Part shown: piece by piece, positions 1 to 9,234 of the stretch | Layout: the number at the start of each line of letters is the position of its first letter | Numbering within the stretch: position 1 is the first letter of the stretch | Program-made: the position numbers and the translations under genes | The notes under the pieces: generated by a model | Seen by the model: the letters and a program-made list of their open reading frames with translations, nothing else | What the model was told of the DNA's origin: nothing | Database searches by the model: none | From: Thraustotheca clavata | Lineage: Eukaryota | Direction: 5' to 3' | Assembly (NCBI GenBank): GCA_002081575.1 | Contig: JNBS01000224.1 | Coordinates: forward strand, 62,001-84,125 | DNA: 22,125 bases

Positions 1-195
1 CCTACAGATATTTGTATTGGAACATGGGTAAGCACGATATGGTGGTACGCGTTGCAGCTGCCGATGCTCTTTGTCTGCTTGTAGGATATGCTTCATTTCC
101 ATGAGTATCTCGCTACTTGTGCATTTGGGTTCCTCCAGCCGCTTCATCAAGTCCAACGTCGAGCATCCTTCCGCCCCATTGATGGCAAGGTTCAT
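1..195 (-). CDS. Hypothetical protein, 5' part only (exon 1 = 195..49, probable intron 48..2; runs off the left edge)
   Basis: ATG at 195-193 with an in-frame TAA upstream. Reads MNLAINGAEGCSTLDLMKRLEEPKCTSSEILMEMKHILQADKEHRQLQR, followed by a 47-nt GTACC...CTGTAG segment that fits the intron size class of this window. Not in the ORF track because it has no stop in the window. Confidence 0.6.
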   Translation of the reverse strand, partial: MNLAINGAEGCSTLDLMKRLEEPKCTSSEILMEMKHILQADKEHRQLQRVPPYRAYPCSNTNICR

Positions 196-324
196 TTCGT
201 TGTGTTGTACTCTCCATATTTAGCATGTCTTTCAACGTCCTCTTTTTCCCGCCATACTTCTTAACGGCAATCATGAGCGCCATTAATTTCATCTCTATTA
301 ATCTTTACTTCATTGAGAAATAGT

Positions 325-1392
325 ATGACCAAACTCCACATTGCCAAAGCTATTGACTCGACAAGTCCAAAGAAAAAATACCAAAGTAATGGACAAGGAT
401 CTGGTGAAAATCCTACCAACTCTAAACTTTTACGCACAAAATTATTGCAACGTGTAGTTGATTTACTAGAAAAAGATGATTCCATGGTCGAATTTGTGTC
501 TTCCATTGTGGATTCAATGGGCAAGGTCCCATTAGAACAAGACACAATGCGTCGAGCCTTCTTGGCTCAGCTGAATCAAGATAAAAAAACCATGACTTGT
601 TCATCCACTAGGTCTAGTGGTCGTCCCAAGAGATTAAATGTTCATCATTGTCGAGAATTTATCTTGGCTTGTGTGAATGAAATCGTTGACTTGGAAGACA
701 CTGATCCTGCATTTGACTATGCCGAATCAATTGCAGAATCGGACACAATGGATTCCATCACATTTTATCAACCAAAAATCAAAGTAACAATGCAAGAATG
801 CCTTGTACGTCCTGCTTCTCCATTGAATAAAATTGAATCAACTTTTGATTATTGTGAAACATTGACAGCATCTTCACAAATGGACGTAGCTACACATTTA
901 CGAAATGTTATAAAATCGTATCAAGATCGTGTGCAATGTCAAGAAGAAGACAAGATGTTGGAAGAAGATTACGTGGATGATGAAACATTTAACAAAGTGC
1001 GTGCATACGCTCACAACATGGCAATCAAACGTCGTGCATTTCAAGAATTTAAACGTCAAATGCCAATGGAACCAGCAAGTCCAATAAAAGAAAAATCATC
1101 ACGTTTATCTCGACGTACTATTTTACTGGAGGAATTACCAACTAAAGTAATTTCACCATGTTCTAGTCCATTAAAAGAATATGCAAGCAAGTACAATACA
1201 TTTGATAAACTCAAAAGAAATCGTGCCAATTCCCCATTAAATCGACAACGAAAAACAATTGCAATACAACAATTCAAAAAAGGTACAAAAGCTTATCATA
1301 TCAATCACCATACGGTCCGTCAAGTGGTAGTCATGACATTGGTGATCCTTTTAGCAATTGTATGGCTACATGATGAATTTCAGCTGCTATAA
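325..1392 (+). CDS. Hypothetical protein (355 aa), intronless, with one C-terminal transmembrane helix (tail-anchored) and several Ser-Pro sites
   Basis: Long ORF; first ATG at 325 (the track's start at 313 is TTG). C-terminus VVVMTLVILLAIVWL then HDEFQLL*. No family recognised. Confidence 0.85.
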   Translation: MTKLHIAKAIDSTSPKKKYQSNGQGSGENPTNSKLLRTKLLQRVVDLLEKDDSMVEFVSSIVDSMGKVPLEQDTMRRAFLAQLNQDKKTMTCSSTRSSGRPKRLNVHHCREFILACVNEIVDLEDTDPAFDYAESIAESDTMDSITFYQPKIKVTMQECLVRPASPLNKIESTFDYCETLTASSQMDVATHLRNVIKSYQDRVQCQEEDKMLEEDYVDDETFNKVRAYAHNMAIKRRAFQEFKRQMPMEPASPIKEKSSRLSRRTILLEELPTKVISPCSSPLKEYASKYNTFDKLKRNRANSPLNRQRKTIAIQQFKKGTKAYHINHHTVRQVVVMTLVILLAIVWLHDEFQLL

Positions 1393-1606
1393 TAGCTAGT
1401 ATCTAACTTCTTTCTACAATGTATGAATCGATTGATTGCATGAGTTCGCACCATCCATTTTTTTGTGTCCCACCCATTTAACACAACAAGATATATACAA
1501 GATAACACTGAAGTATATTAACACGACAAAAAAAGACAAAAATTACTTGACAAGAAGTACACGAACACACGTGTGAGATGGAATCCTAAATAAAAAGCCA
1601 TTGCAT

Positions 1607-2095
1607 TTACAAAATGGCTGAGCATAGAAAATCAAGTTCATCAAACGATAGACGTCCACGATGTGGTTCTGGTGAATTGACAGGAACAGGTTCCGCACAA
1701 ATAGTATGTTCAATCTTGATACTCAAGCCTTCATGCAATGGACTCCATAGATCATCAACAGTAAAAAAACTTTCCGAACATGAACTATCAGTTGATGGAC
1801 GTCCACATGAATCCGTATCAGAAAGAAATTCATCACGATGCAACATTGGACTATGATTCTTTGTTCCTTTTAAAGCTGTACCATCAAGCTTGGCAGACTT
1901 GGCAACAATACGTTTTTGACGATCAAACTTTCGTTGAATACGATTAGCTTTTTCACGATGAAAATTGCACAATTGATGAAATTGGCCATTGCGTTTGTAT
2001 GAACGATCATTCATACACTTGCCAGTCTTATATCGGCATTTCCCACCTTCATGATGAGCTTGATTTACTTGATCAGCCATGGACGCTGCAACCAT
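1607..2095 (-). CDS. Small oomycete-type protein with a putative C3H zinc-finger/basic region; possible transcriptional regulator (162 aa; alternative start at 2080)
   Basis: Motif CRYKTGKCMNDRSYKRNGQFHQLCNFHREKANRIQRKFDRQKR (C-x6-C-x15-C-x2-H then a basic helix) resembles a recurrent family of oomycete hypothetical proteins (from recall). Ser/acidic middle and acidic-hydrophobic tail LSFDELDFLCSAIL. Confidence 0.85.
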   Translation of the reverse strand: MVAASMADQVNQAHHEGGKCRYKTGKCMNDRSYKRNGQFHQLCNFHREKANRIQRKFDRQKRIVAKSAKLDGTALKGTKNHSPMLHRDEFLSDTDSCGRPSTDSSCSESFFTVDDLWSPLHEGLSIKIEHTICAEPVPVNSPEPHRGRLSFDELDFLCSAIL

Positions 2096-2105
2096 AAGCG
2101 GGACG

Positions 2106-2125
2106 TGGTCAATTCGGAACTGGAA
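2106..2125 (-). promoter_or_regulatory. Inr/FPR-like core promoter element upstream of the C3H gene
   Basis: Minus strand reads TTCCAGTTCCGAATTGACC, matching 14 of 19 positions of the oomycete consensus GCYCATTYYNCAWTTTNCY, about 11-30 nt upstream of the ATG at 2095. Confidence 0.4.
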
Positions 2126-2730
2126 GAGAAGTGGATGATAATCCAGTATGGCAGAGGCCCTGCCACTGTGCTCAGTACCACATGGCTTCTTCTAAGCACC
2201 TTGCAGATGCTACGTTTGTGTCACCTTGAGGAGTATCCACAAGGTATAAACACCCATCCATCAATCGAGTAGTAGCCATGTTTTTAATGTGAATTTAATA
2301 GTAATAATGGCATAGATAGGATGAAATGATGGTTGTATGTCAATATAGAGTTGAAAAAGGAGAAAGATTGCACGAGAAGCACTTGTTCGTCTCGTTTTTA
2401 CGAAAAAGGACACGTGGATAGCAATTAAAGGTGGGATTTATTCATTGCAGCTGCAGTAGGCTGCTCCAGCTGACATGAGCAATATGCAAATGCTACTCTT
2501 GACCATTACAAGAGACACCAGGAGTAGCTTATACTGGACCATCTACAACAAAAGTACGTAAACAATGCGTGTCCACATGGCAGGCAAAGCAATGATACAC
2601 ATGTAATCTACTACTTTTAATCAACGGGTTGTTAATTCGGGACGTGGCACGACCGGTGTTAGGTATGGTACTAAATGAAAGAAATGTTGTGTATATGAAG
2701 AGGTTTAGTGACGATATAATACTTGTTGGG

Positions 2731-3729
2731 ATGCACCCACGACGTAGCGACAGAGACAGGATCAAGAGTGACACAAAACAACTTTTTACAAAACGAGAGC
2801 ATCAAAGTTCATGTAATGGTGTGGATTTTAAGAAAGAGGGGCAATTGAATGCAACATGTGGACAGTGGTGGTGCAATCAACCAGGATATATTGAGGATCC
2901 ATCGAGTATACTTGCAGCCTCTTTTCGCTTACGTAAAAAGACGCAAGAGGAGCCGGTGACGCGTTCGATACGAGTATGCTACTTTTAAAACAAGACATTC
3001 TCATGAATTTCAAATATGTAGTTTGTACGTGAAAAGAATACAACAATTACAGAAAAGATCACACGATTACAATATCGTCCTGCTACTGCAAATAGTTGTC
3101 GTGAACCACAAATTAAACGATGGACTGATGCTGTATTTCATTTTTCATTACCTGAACATACACAAAATCAAACTTTATTGAATAAGGTAAATTGACATAG
3201 TATTTTCATATAATCATGACTGTAGTATGATTTGAGCTTTAAAAAACCACTTGATAGTTCGTTTACCCATGATAAAATATTTCATGAAGAACGTATCAAA
3301 GGAGCAACATCAATATCACAAGAGCCACTACCTGTAGCACTACTCTAACGGACTGAATGTTTTAAGATGTGTCATTATGTAGATTGATCCATATGCAATT
3401 GATAAATCCAAGAAAACTACACAAAGACGGGTGACAGATAGTTTGCATCAACGAAAGAAATTAGATGAATTTAAATTGTCAAATGGTTAGTACATCGTCT
3501 GGTGATTACCTGATGGTACAAATATCTAGGTTTGATTGCCCCACCTCAAGAGAAAGGTAAACGACGTTCTGTACGTTTTCATCAAATAGCTTCACATCAA
3601 AAGGATATTGTACAAATCGAACATGACAATGAATCAAAAAAACAATCGCTACGTTTGCACATGATTCGTGATGTACGAACTGGTGGATTTGATACAATTT
3701 TATCAATGGACAAATTACAATTGCATTAA
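2731..3729 (+). CDS. Hypothetical basic protein (~272 aa), 5 exons: 2731-2973, 3022-3186, 3226-3333, 3383-3485, 3530-3729
   Basis: Four GT-AG introns (48, 39, 49, 44 nt) join track ORFs 2629..2988 and 3532..3729 with the intervening open segments in frame: MHPRRSDRDRIK...TRSIR|FVREKNTTITEKITRLQYRPATANSCREP...LLNK|YDLSFKKP...EPLP|IDPYAIDK...LSN|GLIAPPQEKGKRR...LQLH*. Start is uncertain; in-frame ATGs also lie near 2665 and 2695. Confidence 0.8.
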
Positions 3730-3731
3730 AT

Positions 3732-4357
3732 CTACTTTGAATTATTTTGCATCCAATATTCCATCCATTGCATAATTCGTGTAACATTAGATTCCATATC
3801 ATCAATAGAAACCGAGTAGAGTTCTTGGACAATTTCAGGAGCATAACTTGATTGTGCTTCTTCCAATACAACTTGCATGATTTCACATTCAACATTTTCT
3901 TGGACTTTCTTCAAAGAGTAACCACGTGCAACGAGACGATCATATAAAGTCGTATTATCCGATCGTAGTACAATCACAAGATCAAACCAACGTTCAGGAA
4001 AAAAATCACAAGTATGAAAATCAACAATGATTCCTCCTTCTTGTGAACTCATTCGTTCATCCATTTCATCAACCACTTTATCTTCATCCAACACAAAACA
4101 ATCATATTCTTCATCTCTTCCTGAATGTAAATTATGTTGTTTTACCTAATATCAATAAGAAAATAGATAAAAAAAATACATTTTTGTACCAATTCACCAA
4201 CATTGATATATTCCAAATGCGTTTTTTCCTACAATTCAAATTAAGATATATTAATTGAATATATACATACTGCAAGCAATTGACTCATTGTTGTCTTTCC
4301 TGTACCTGGAGTTCCAGTGATCAATATATTGGGCATTCGACGTGCCATCTCTTCCAT
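3732..4357 (-). CDS. AK6: Adenylate kinase isoenzyme 6 / Fap7 / CINAP (40S ribosome maturation ATPase), 179 aa, 3 exons: 4357-4271, 4228-4190, 4145-3732
   Basis: Spliced product MEEMARRMPNILITGTPGTGKTTMSQLLA|EKTHLEYINVGEL|VKQHNLHSGRDEEYDCFVLDEDKVVDEM...GGIIVDFHTCDFFPERWFDLV...LYDRLVARGYSLKKVQENVECEI. Contains P-loop GTPGTGKT, the hhhDxH motif and FPERWFD, all typical of AK6/Fap7. Introns are 42 and 44 nt. Confidence 0.97.
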
Positions 4358-4360
4358 GTC

Positions 4361-4460
4361 AAAAGTGCACTCTGAGCCAGTCCAATATTTCAACTTATTT
4401 GATTGGTTCTCATCTTATAACTTTAAACCAATCAATAGATAGTATTAATGTAAACCAATC
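4361..4460 (-). promoter_or_regulatory. AK6 promoter: Inr/FPR-like element and a CCAAT-box cluster
   Basis: Minus strand GCTCAGAGTGCACTTTT (4377-4361) resembles GCYCATTYYNCAWTTT just upstream of the ATG. CCAAT/ATTGG occurs at 4382, 4402, 4428 and 4456. Confidence 0.45.
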
Positions 4461-4765
4461 GAAGCAAATGCTGACATAATGCAATTGACAAGTAGAAGGT
4501 AGACGATGGAATATGATTATATTCTATTGAAGAGGAGGATATGGTGTGGAAAAAGAAGCGTGTGTGAGAGAGACTAGCATTAGTGTGACGAGACAGGAGT
4601 TTTTTTTTAAAATGTTGATGGAATAGATTCTTTACTATCCATTTACTAATGCTCAAGTGTATATGTGGGATATTGATTTTTTCTTGGTATGGAATCAAGT
4701 CAGATATTTGTGGCGTCTCTTGTTTCTTGTAAGGGTATGAAATGAACAAGCGACGACGTTTATTC

Positions 4766-6289
4766 TTAAAGATCAGGAAATTCAGTATCAAGGATGTGTT
4801 GTTGATGGATCTGTTTTTGAATTTTCTTTCGATGTTCATACAAGTCTTTCGTGTCCCGATTTAAAACAGCATCCATAACAAGATCAAACACTCGGAACCA
4901 TTCATCAAATGCAATTGTTTTGTGTTGAAATGGTAAAATTGTATCAATACCACCTCGAAATGGAATATATTCGAGACCCAAATATTGACACATATTGCGA
5001 TACCCGTATCTTTCAGTTAAGATAGGAAATATTTCAATTATATATGAATGAGGTGATGCAAAAAGGATGTTGGCAAGTCCAGCTCCATGCATTCCAATGA
5101 TAATACGACTGGATGCTACAATTGATATTTGTTCAGCCATTGTTTTCGTCCCAAAATCAATTGATTCAATTGTACATTTGTTGCCATATTTATCCCGCAT
5201 AGCTGCAACAATGTCATCTTCATTTGCCCACATACGATCAATATCACGCCCATTATAAGGACGACGCGAAATAATTGTAATGGTGCATGGCATTGAATCG
5301 TTGTGAACTAATGAATGACGAACCTTTTTGAGTTGAAAAGCCTCAAAGATGGCATCACGAAAGGCTTGAACCATATAACTTTCATAACATGGTTGTTCAT
5401 CGTCTAAATGTTGCATCATCGAACCAAAGTGTTCAAATGGTACGAACAAGGCTTCTTTAAACCCAACACGTTTGCCTACTAGATCTTTACCATAAACAAG
5501 TGGGTACGATGCACCTAGTAGTTTGTGCAATAAGTTGTCTGTAGCCATAGGAGAACCATCATCAACAAATATAACACGCGTGGATATTGGAGACCAACCA
5601 AGATGATGAATAGCCACTGCCCATGCATTTAAAGCAGCAGAAATTTGATAAAATGGATTGTGTTCATCTTTTCTTGCAATCAATATAGCATTCTCTTCGA
5701 TTTGTGTGTCATAAATACCGTGTTCTCGATGGTCACATCGCCATTCTTGAGTCGTATCATTGACGTGTTTGGGAAAGAAATGGTTTAAAATGCGTGTGGT
5801 TTTGCCATGTAAAGCACATTGATGACACATAATGCGTCCCGAAGCATATTTAAACCGTGGATCATGGCTTGCTCCTTCTTCACTTGGGTCATTTATTATT
5901 GCCATTGCTGATGCACCTCGTAAATCTAACCCAAAGTTTTGCCAAACAGAACCATCAGACCACATTGCATCACTTGGAAGGTGTGTGATCTTTGAACCTT
6001 CATTGCTTACAGGAGAACACACTACTTTAGTTTGAATTGCATCTAGTATACCAAAGTCTACTTGACGATAGCAATTGCTAAAGTTATAAAGCTCGAGATA
6101 AGCTTCTTCGACCGTAATGTTACGACGCACATGGTAGCGTTCCTTAATCGGCTTGCTAGCGGGCGCAAAGAAGGACGATTGATAATCCACCTCTAGGATA
6201 TGTAGGATAGAGATGCTCAGCGCTAGCCACAACACAAGGTACGCGCCAAACGTCCACAAATAGTGCGTTAATGACAAGTTGCGCAGCAT
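4766..6289 (-). CDS. Glycosyltransferase family 61 (DUF563; EOGT/xylosyltransferase-like), type II membrane protein, 507 aa, intronless
   Basis: First ATG at 6289 (the track's start at 6304 is GTG). N-terminal signal anchor YLWTFGAYLVLWLALSISILHIL. GT61 hallmarks: HNPFYQ, ITIISRR...R.WANEDDI, TMAEQI.IVASSRIIIGMHGAGLANILF, IIEIFP...YRNMCQYLGLEY. Confidence 0.93.
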   Translation of the reverse strand: MLRNLSLTHYLWTFGAYLVLWLALSISILHILEVDYQSSFFAPASKPIKERYHVRRNITVEEAYLELYNFSNCYRQVDFGILDAIQTKVVCSPVSNEGSKITHLPSDAMWSDGSVWQNFGLDLRGASAMAIINDPSEEGASHDPRFKYASGRIMCHQCALHGKTTRILNHFFPKHVNDTTQEWRCDHREHGIYDTQIEENAILIARKDEHNPFYQISAALNAWAVAIHHLGWSPISTRVIFVDDGSPMATDNLLHKLLGASYPLVYGKDLVGKRVGFKEALFVPFEHFGSMMQHLDDEQPCYESYMVQAFRDAIFEAFQLKKVRHSLVHNDSMPCTITIISRRPYNGRDIDRMWANEDDIVAAMRDKYGNKCTIESIDFGTKTMAEQISIVASSRIIIGMHGAGLANILFASPHSYIIEIFPILTERYGYRNMCQYLGLEYIPFRGGIDTILPFQHKTIAFDEWFRVFDLVMDAVLNRDTKDLYEHRKKIQKQIHQQHILDTEFPDL

Positions 6290-7880
6290 GGCCACAGATC
6301 CCACAGCTTCCTAATTACTCACTGACGTGGGATTGCCGAACTGCACAAACGAGTCCATGGATGCAAGCTACCTCCGTCCGATCTCGTGCATGTAATACAT
6401 CTTTACTAACGAGTCTTGTTGTGTATTGTTTGCTTACGTCAAACTAGGGATTTCAGCTTCGTTCTTCTTAATCGAGTGATACACATTAAATGCAATAAAC
6501 AGAATTACTTGACTATTTAACCATGCATTCTCTTCCTAATAGCTCTTTAAAGTAAAATTCACTTATCAACTCAAATGGGAATAAGTGTAGTGATAAGAAA
6601 TTATGGCGTTGGAGTTTATTGGAGCTTCATATGATACGATATTCTGTTATCTTTGTGAAATTTGTAAGTCTTAAACCTCCAAAGGAGGGTCAAGGACTTT
6701 AAGAATTTAGATATAATTCGATGGTAAATGTAATCTACTTTTTGAAATAGGATCAACAGTTCTTCAAGAAATCAAGAAAAAAATGTTATTCCTTAATACA
6801 ACTAATGAATTGGCAACCTTGGATTGCTGTCGTGTACGTCACCAAAAGCTTTCATGAAGCACATGAAAGAGTAGTAAAAATGAATGATACATTTATGTAT
6901 TCAGAAATCTATGCACAAATTAATTTTCAAGAATATGCACTTGAAATGCTATGTAGCTGTTATAAGATCGTCGTTTAAGTACCCAAATGCTTGTTCATCT
7001 TTTTCTTTGGAAGGTGTTTGATGGAATGCCAAACAAATATATCTAACTTTCAAGTAAAAAGATTTTTAAACGCTGTAAACCCACTCATGAAAAGTTTCTC
7101 CTTGCTGATTGCTCAGCAGTAAATAATTTTGTTCAACAATCCTCTCTGAAAAACTGGTGGCACTTCATTTTAAAATGTTTCGTAGCTAGAGTAATAATGA
7201 CTATGATGTTTATCTTTATTGTACATGTGACGCTATCGTTGGAAAGTCACTCTAGTGATAATAACACATTGGTTTCTACTAAGCATTCAAAAGTTAATAT
7301 TTACAATATGTTAAGCTATATATTCTCATCAATCAGCAAATTTGAGCAGCTTTGTGTCTGTCTAACACAAAGTCTTTAATTGTTGAATTAAGAGAAAATT
7401 GAATGAAAAGAGATTTCAATAAAGAATATGATTAATAGCTTTTGAAAATATCTTTACTAGAAAGTACTGCAGTACGATGGATCTGTTTGTCATTTATTTT
7501 TCTTCATGTGAATCCTAAAGATAAGCAAGCGTTTGTTTAGTTAAACAATGATTTTACTACAGCTTATATAGTTTATGCAAAGATAATTCATTTATTAGAA
7601 CTTTGTAGCAGAGTATAATACAATCAATTTAGGAATCAAAAGACTGAAAGACTCCTGCTTTTTTAAAAAGTACTTGCCAACTCGATATCTTTTGACTCCA
7701 AACATCTTTGGATCTGTGGAGATTTCTCTGATCAAGTGATAATAAATGCACGCCATCAACTGAGATTTCTTGTCTCAATCATACGTTGGATTGAATTTGA
7801 GATTGAGTCATCAATAATCAATTGCGTGTTTTTAGACTAGTACCTTGAAAAAATCGACTCTCTCGAACATTTTGACAATC

Positions 7881-9031
7881 ATGTTGGCGGCATCACTTCG
7901 ACGAAATGCGATGGCCAAAGCGCCATTCCAACGCATCGGAGCTTCAGCAAAGCCCAAGATTCCTGTGAACTCGTGGAATAGTCTTCGGGTACAAGCTGGC
8001 CGCCAACACTTTCGACAGTGCAGCTCCACAATCACCAAAGACTCGAATCAACTGAGTTGGGTTGTGGCAGCAACAACGGGTGCTTTTGCTGGCACTGTGT
8101 CTGGATTGACTGGTGTTGGAGGTGGTATTATTATTATTCCTGTTAGAAATTCATCGCTTATTGAATACTTATTTCATTTTAGACGTTGGCCAAATGGACA
8201 GGATTGACCCAACAAGCTATCAATGGCACGTCGATTGCAGCAGTGACTGTGAGCGCTAGTGTTGGCTCTGTCAATTACTTGATGGCAGGATGCGTTAATA
8301 TCCCAATGGCAGCTCTTGTGACGTGCTCGTCCATCTTTTTCACCAAGCTTGGCGTTCAATTAGCTCACAAGTAATTATGTGTTATTTGTATTGTACTGAA
8401 AGGTTTTAGGTTGAGCCAGGTTCACCTTCGTCGTGTTGTTGGTACAGCTATGCTTATCAGTGTTCCTTTTATCTACTTTAAGAAGGAACTTCAGGCTCGT
8501 CGTAGTGAATCAAGCAAATCAGACAACTTGTCTTTGGAACATCGTTTGGATTTACAATTTTTCACTCATCACTCAAGCCCTTCAGCCTACCTTGATGCTG
8601 TCTCAAAGAATGTGCCACTCTTTTTAGCAGTCAACACCAAATATCTTGTTGCTGGTGCGATTTCAGGTTTTATCTCTGGTTTATGTGGTCTTGGTGGTGG
8701 TATTCTGGTCCGTCACATGTCCACAAATGTAATCTGATCTCCTTTGTAGATGACAACATACTTGACTGCAGCCAGTGAGATGTCTCAAGCAGACATCATT
8801 GGTACTTCTTTGCTTGGCATTGTTCCAGTCGGTTTGTCGTCGACATACCACAACATCAAGAAGAAGTCTTTACATCTCCCTAGTGCTCTTAAAATTGGAG
8901 TTGGACTTGTAGCTGGGGTTGCAATCACTTCCAAGTTTATCACGCTCAATATTTCTCAAGAAAATTTGCGTTTAATCCTTGGTTCGACTCTAGCTACTTC
9001 GGCCATTGTCATGTTGAAAAAAACAGTCTAA
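7881..9031 (+). CDS. Sulfite exporter TauE/SafE (DUF81) family membrane transporter, 342 aa, with probable mitochondrial presequence; 4 exons: 7881-8141, 8183-8370, 8410-8707, 8750-9031
   Basis: Introns of 41, 39 and 42 nt join four track ORFs in frame. Duplicated family signature GAFAGTVSGLTGVGGGIIIIP...QQAINGTS and GAISGFISGLCGLGGGIL...QADIIGTS, with about 8 hydrophobic segments. Confidence 0.92.
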
Positions 9032-9206
9032 ACAATCTTAGAGCTTTTGATAATCTCTAGAATATTATGCTGCCTGTGCACACTTGCAATCTAGAGTTTA
9101 CTTTTAAATACATTGTTAGCATTTGATCTCATTTTCAAAATGAGTAACAACACAATGGTAAATAACACTATTTAAGTAGATATAGTGTGATGACTCATTG
9201 ATATGT

Positions 9207-9213
9207 TCATTTC
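9207..9213 (+). promoter_or_regulatory. Initiator (Inr)-like TCATTTC upstream of the giant gene
   Basis: Matches YCATTYY 22-28 nt upstream of the ATG at 9235. The motif is short, so a chance match is possible. Confidence 0.3.
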
Positions 9214-9234
9214 GAAAGATACTTTGTCATCACT

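Noticed and set aside
1566..1575. Palindrome CACACGTGTG
   Set aside because: Isolated 10-mer between convergent 3' ends with no supporting context.
3506..3895. 129-aa minus-strand ORF
   Set aside because: Out-of-frame overlap with AK6 exon 3 and antisense to the last exon of the neighbouring gene.
4766..4790. C-terminal FPDL of GT61 (and HDEFQLL of the 325-1392 protein) as ER-retention signals
   Set aside because: Neither is a terminal HDEL/KDEL-type tetrapeptide.
4432..4839. 135-aa minus-strand ORF overlapping the GT61 3' end
   Set aside because: Alternate-frame, AT-biased composition (I/F/K/L/S-rich), lying in the expected GT61 3' UTR and AK6 promoter.
6751..6978. 75-codon open stretch after an AG, preceded by an ATG...GTAAGT segment
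   Set aside because: I could not splice the pieces in frame with normal-sized introns, and an open frame this long is not unexpected by chance across six frames of 1.6 kb. Not called as a CDS.
7197..7379. 60-aa ORF with a hydrophobic start
   Set aside because: Short, AT-biased, and without supporting splice or homology evidence.
7667..7840. Short open frame containing HLWICGDFS, resembling the hhhGDFN motif of non-LTR retroelement endonucleases
   Set aside because: A single imperfect motif with no other APE or RT motifs nearby.
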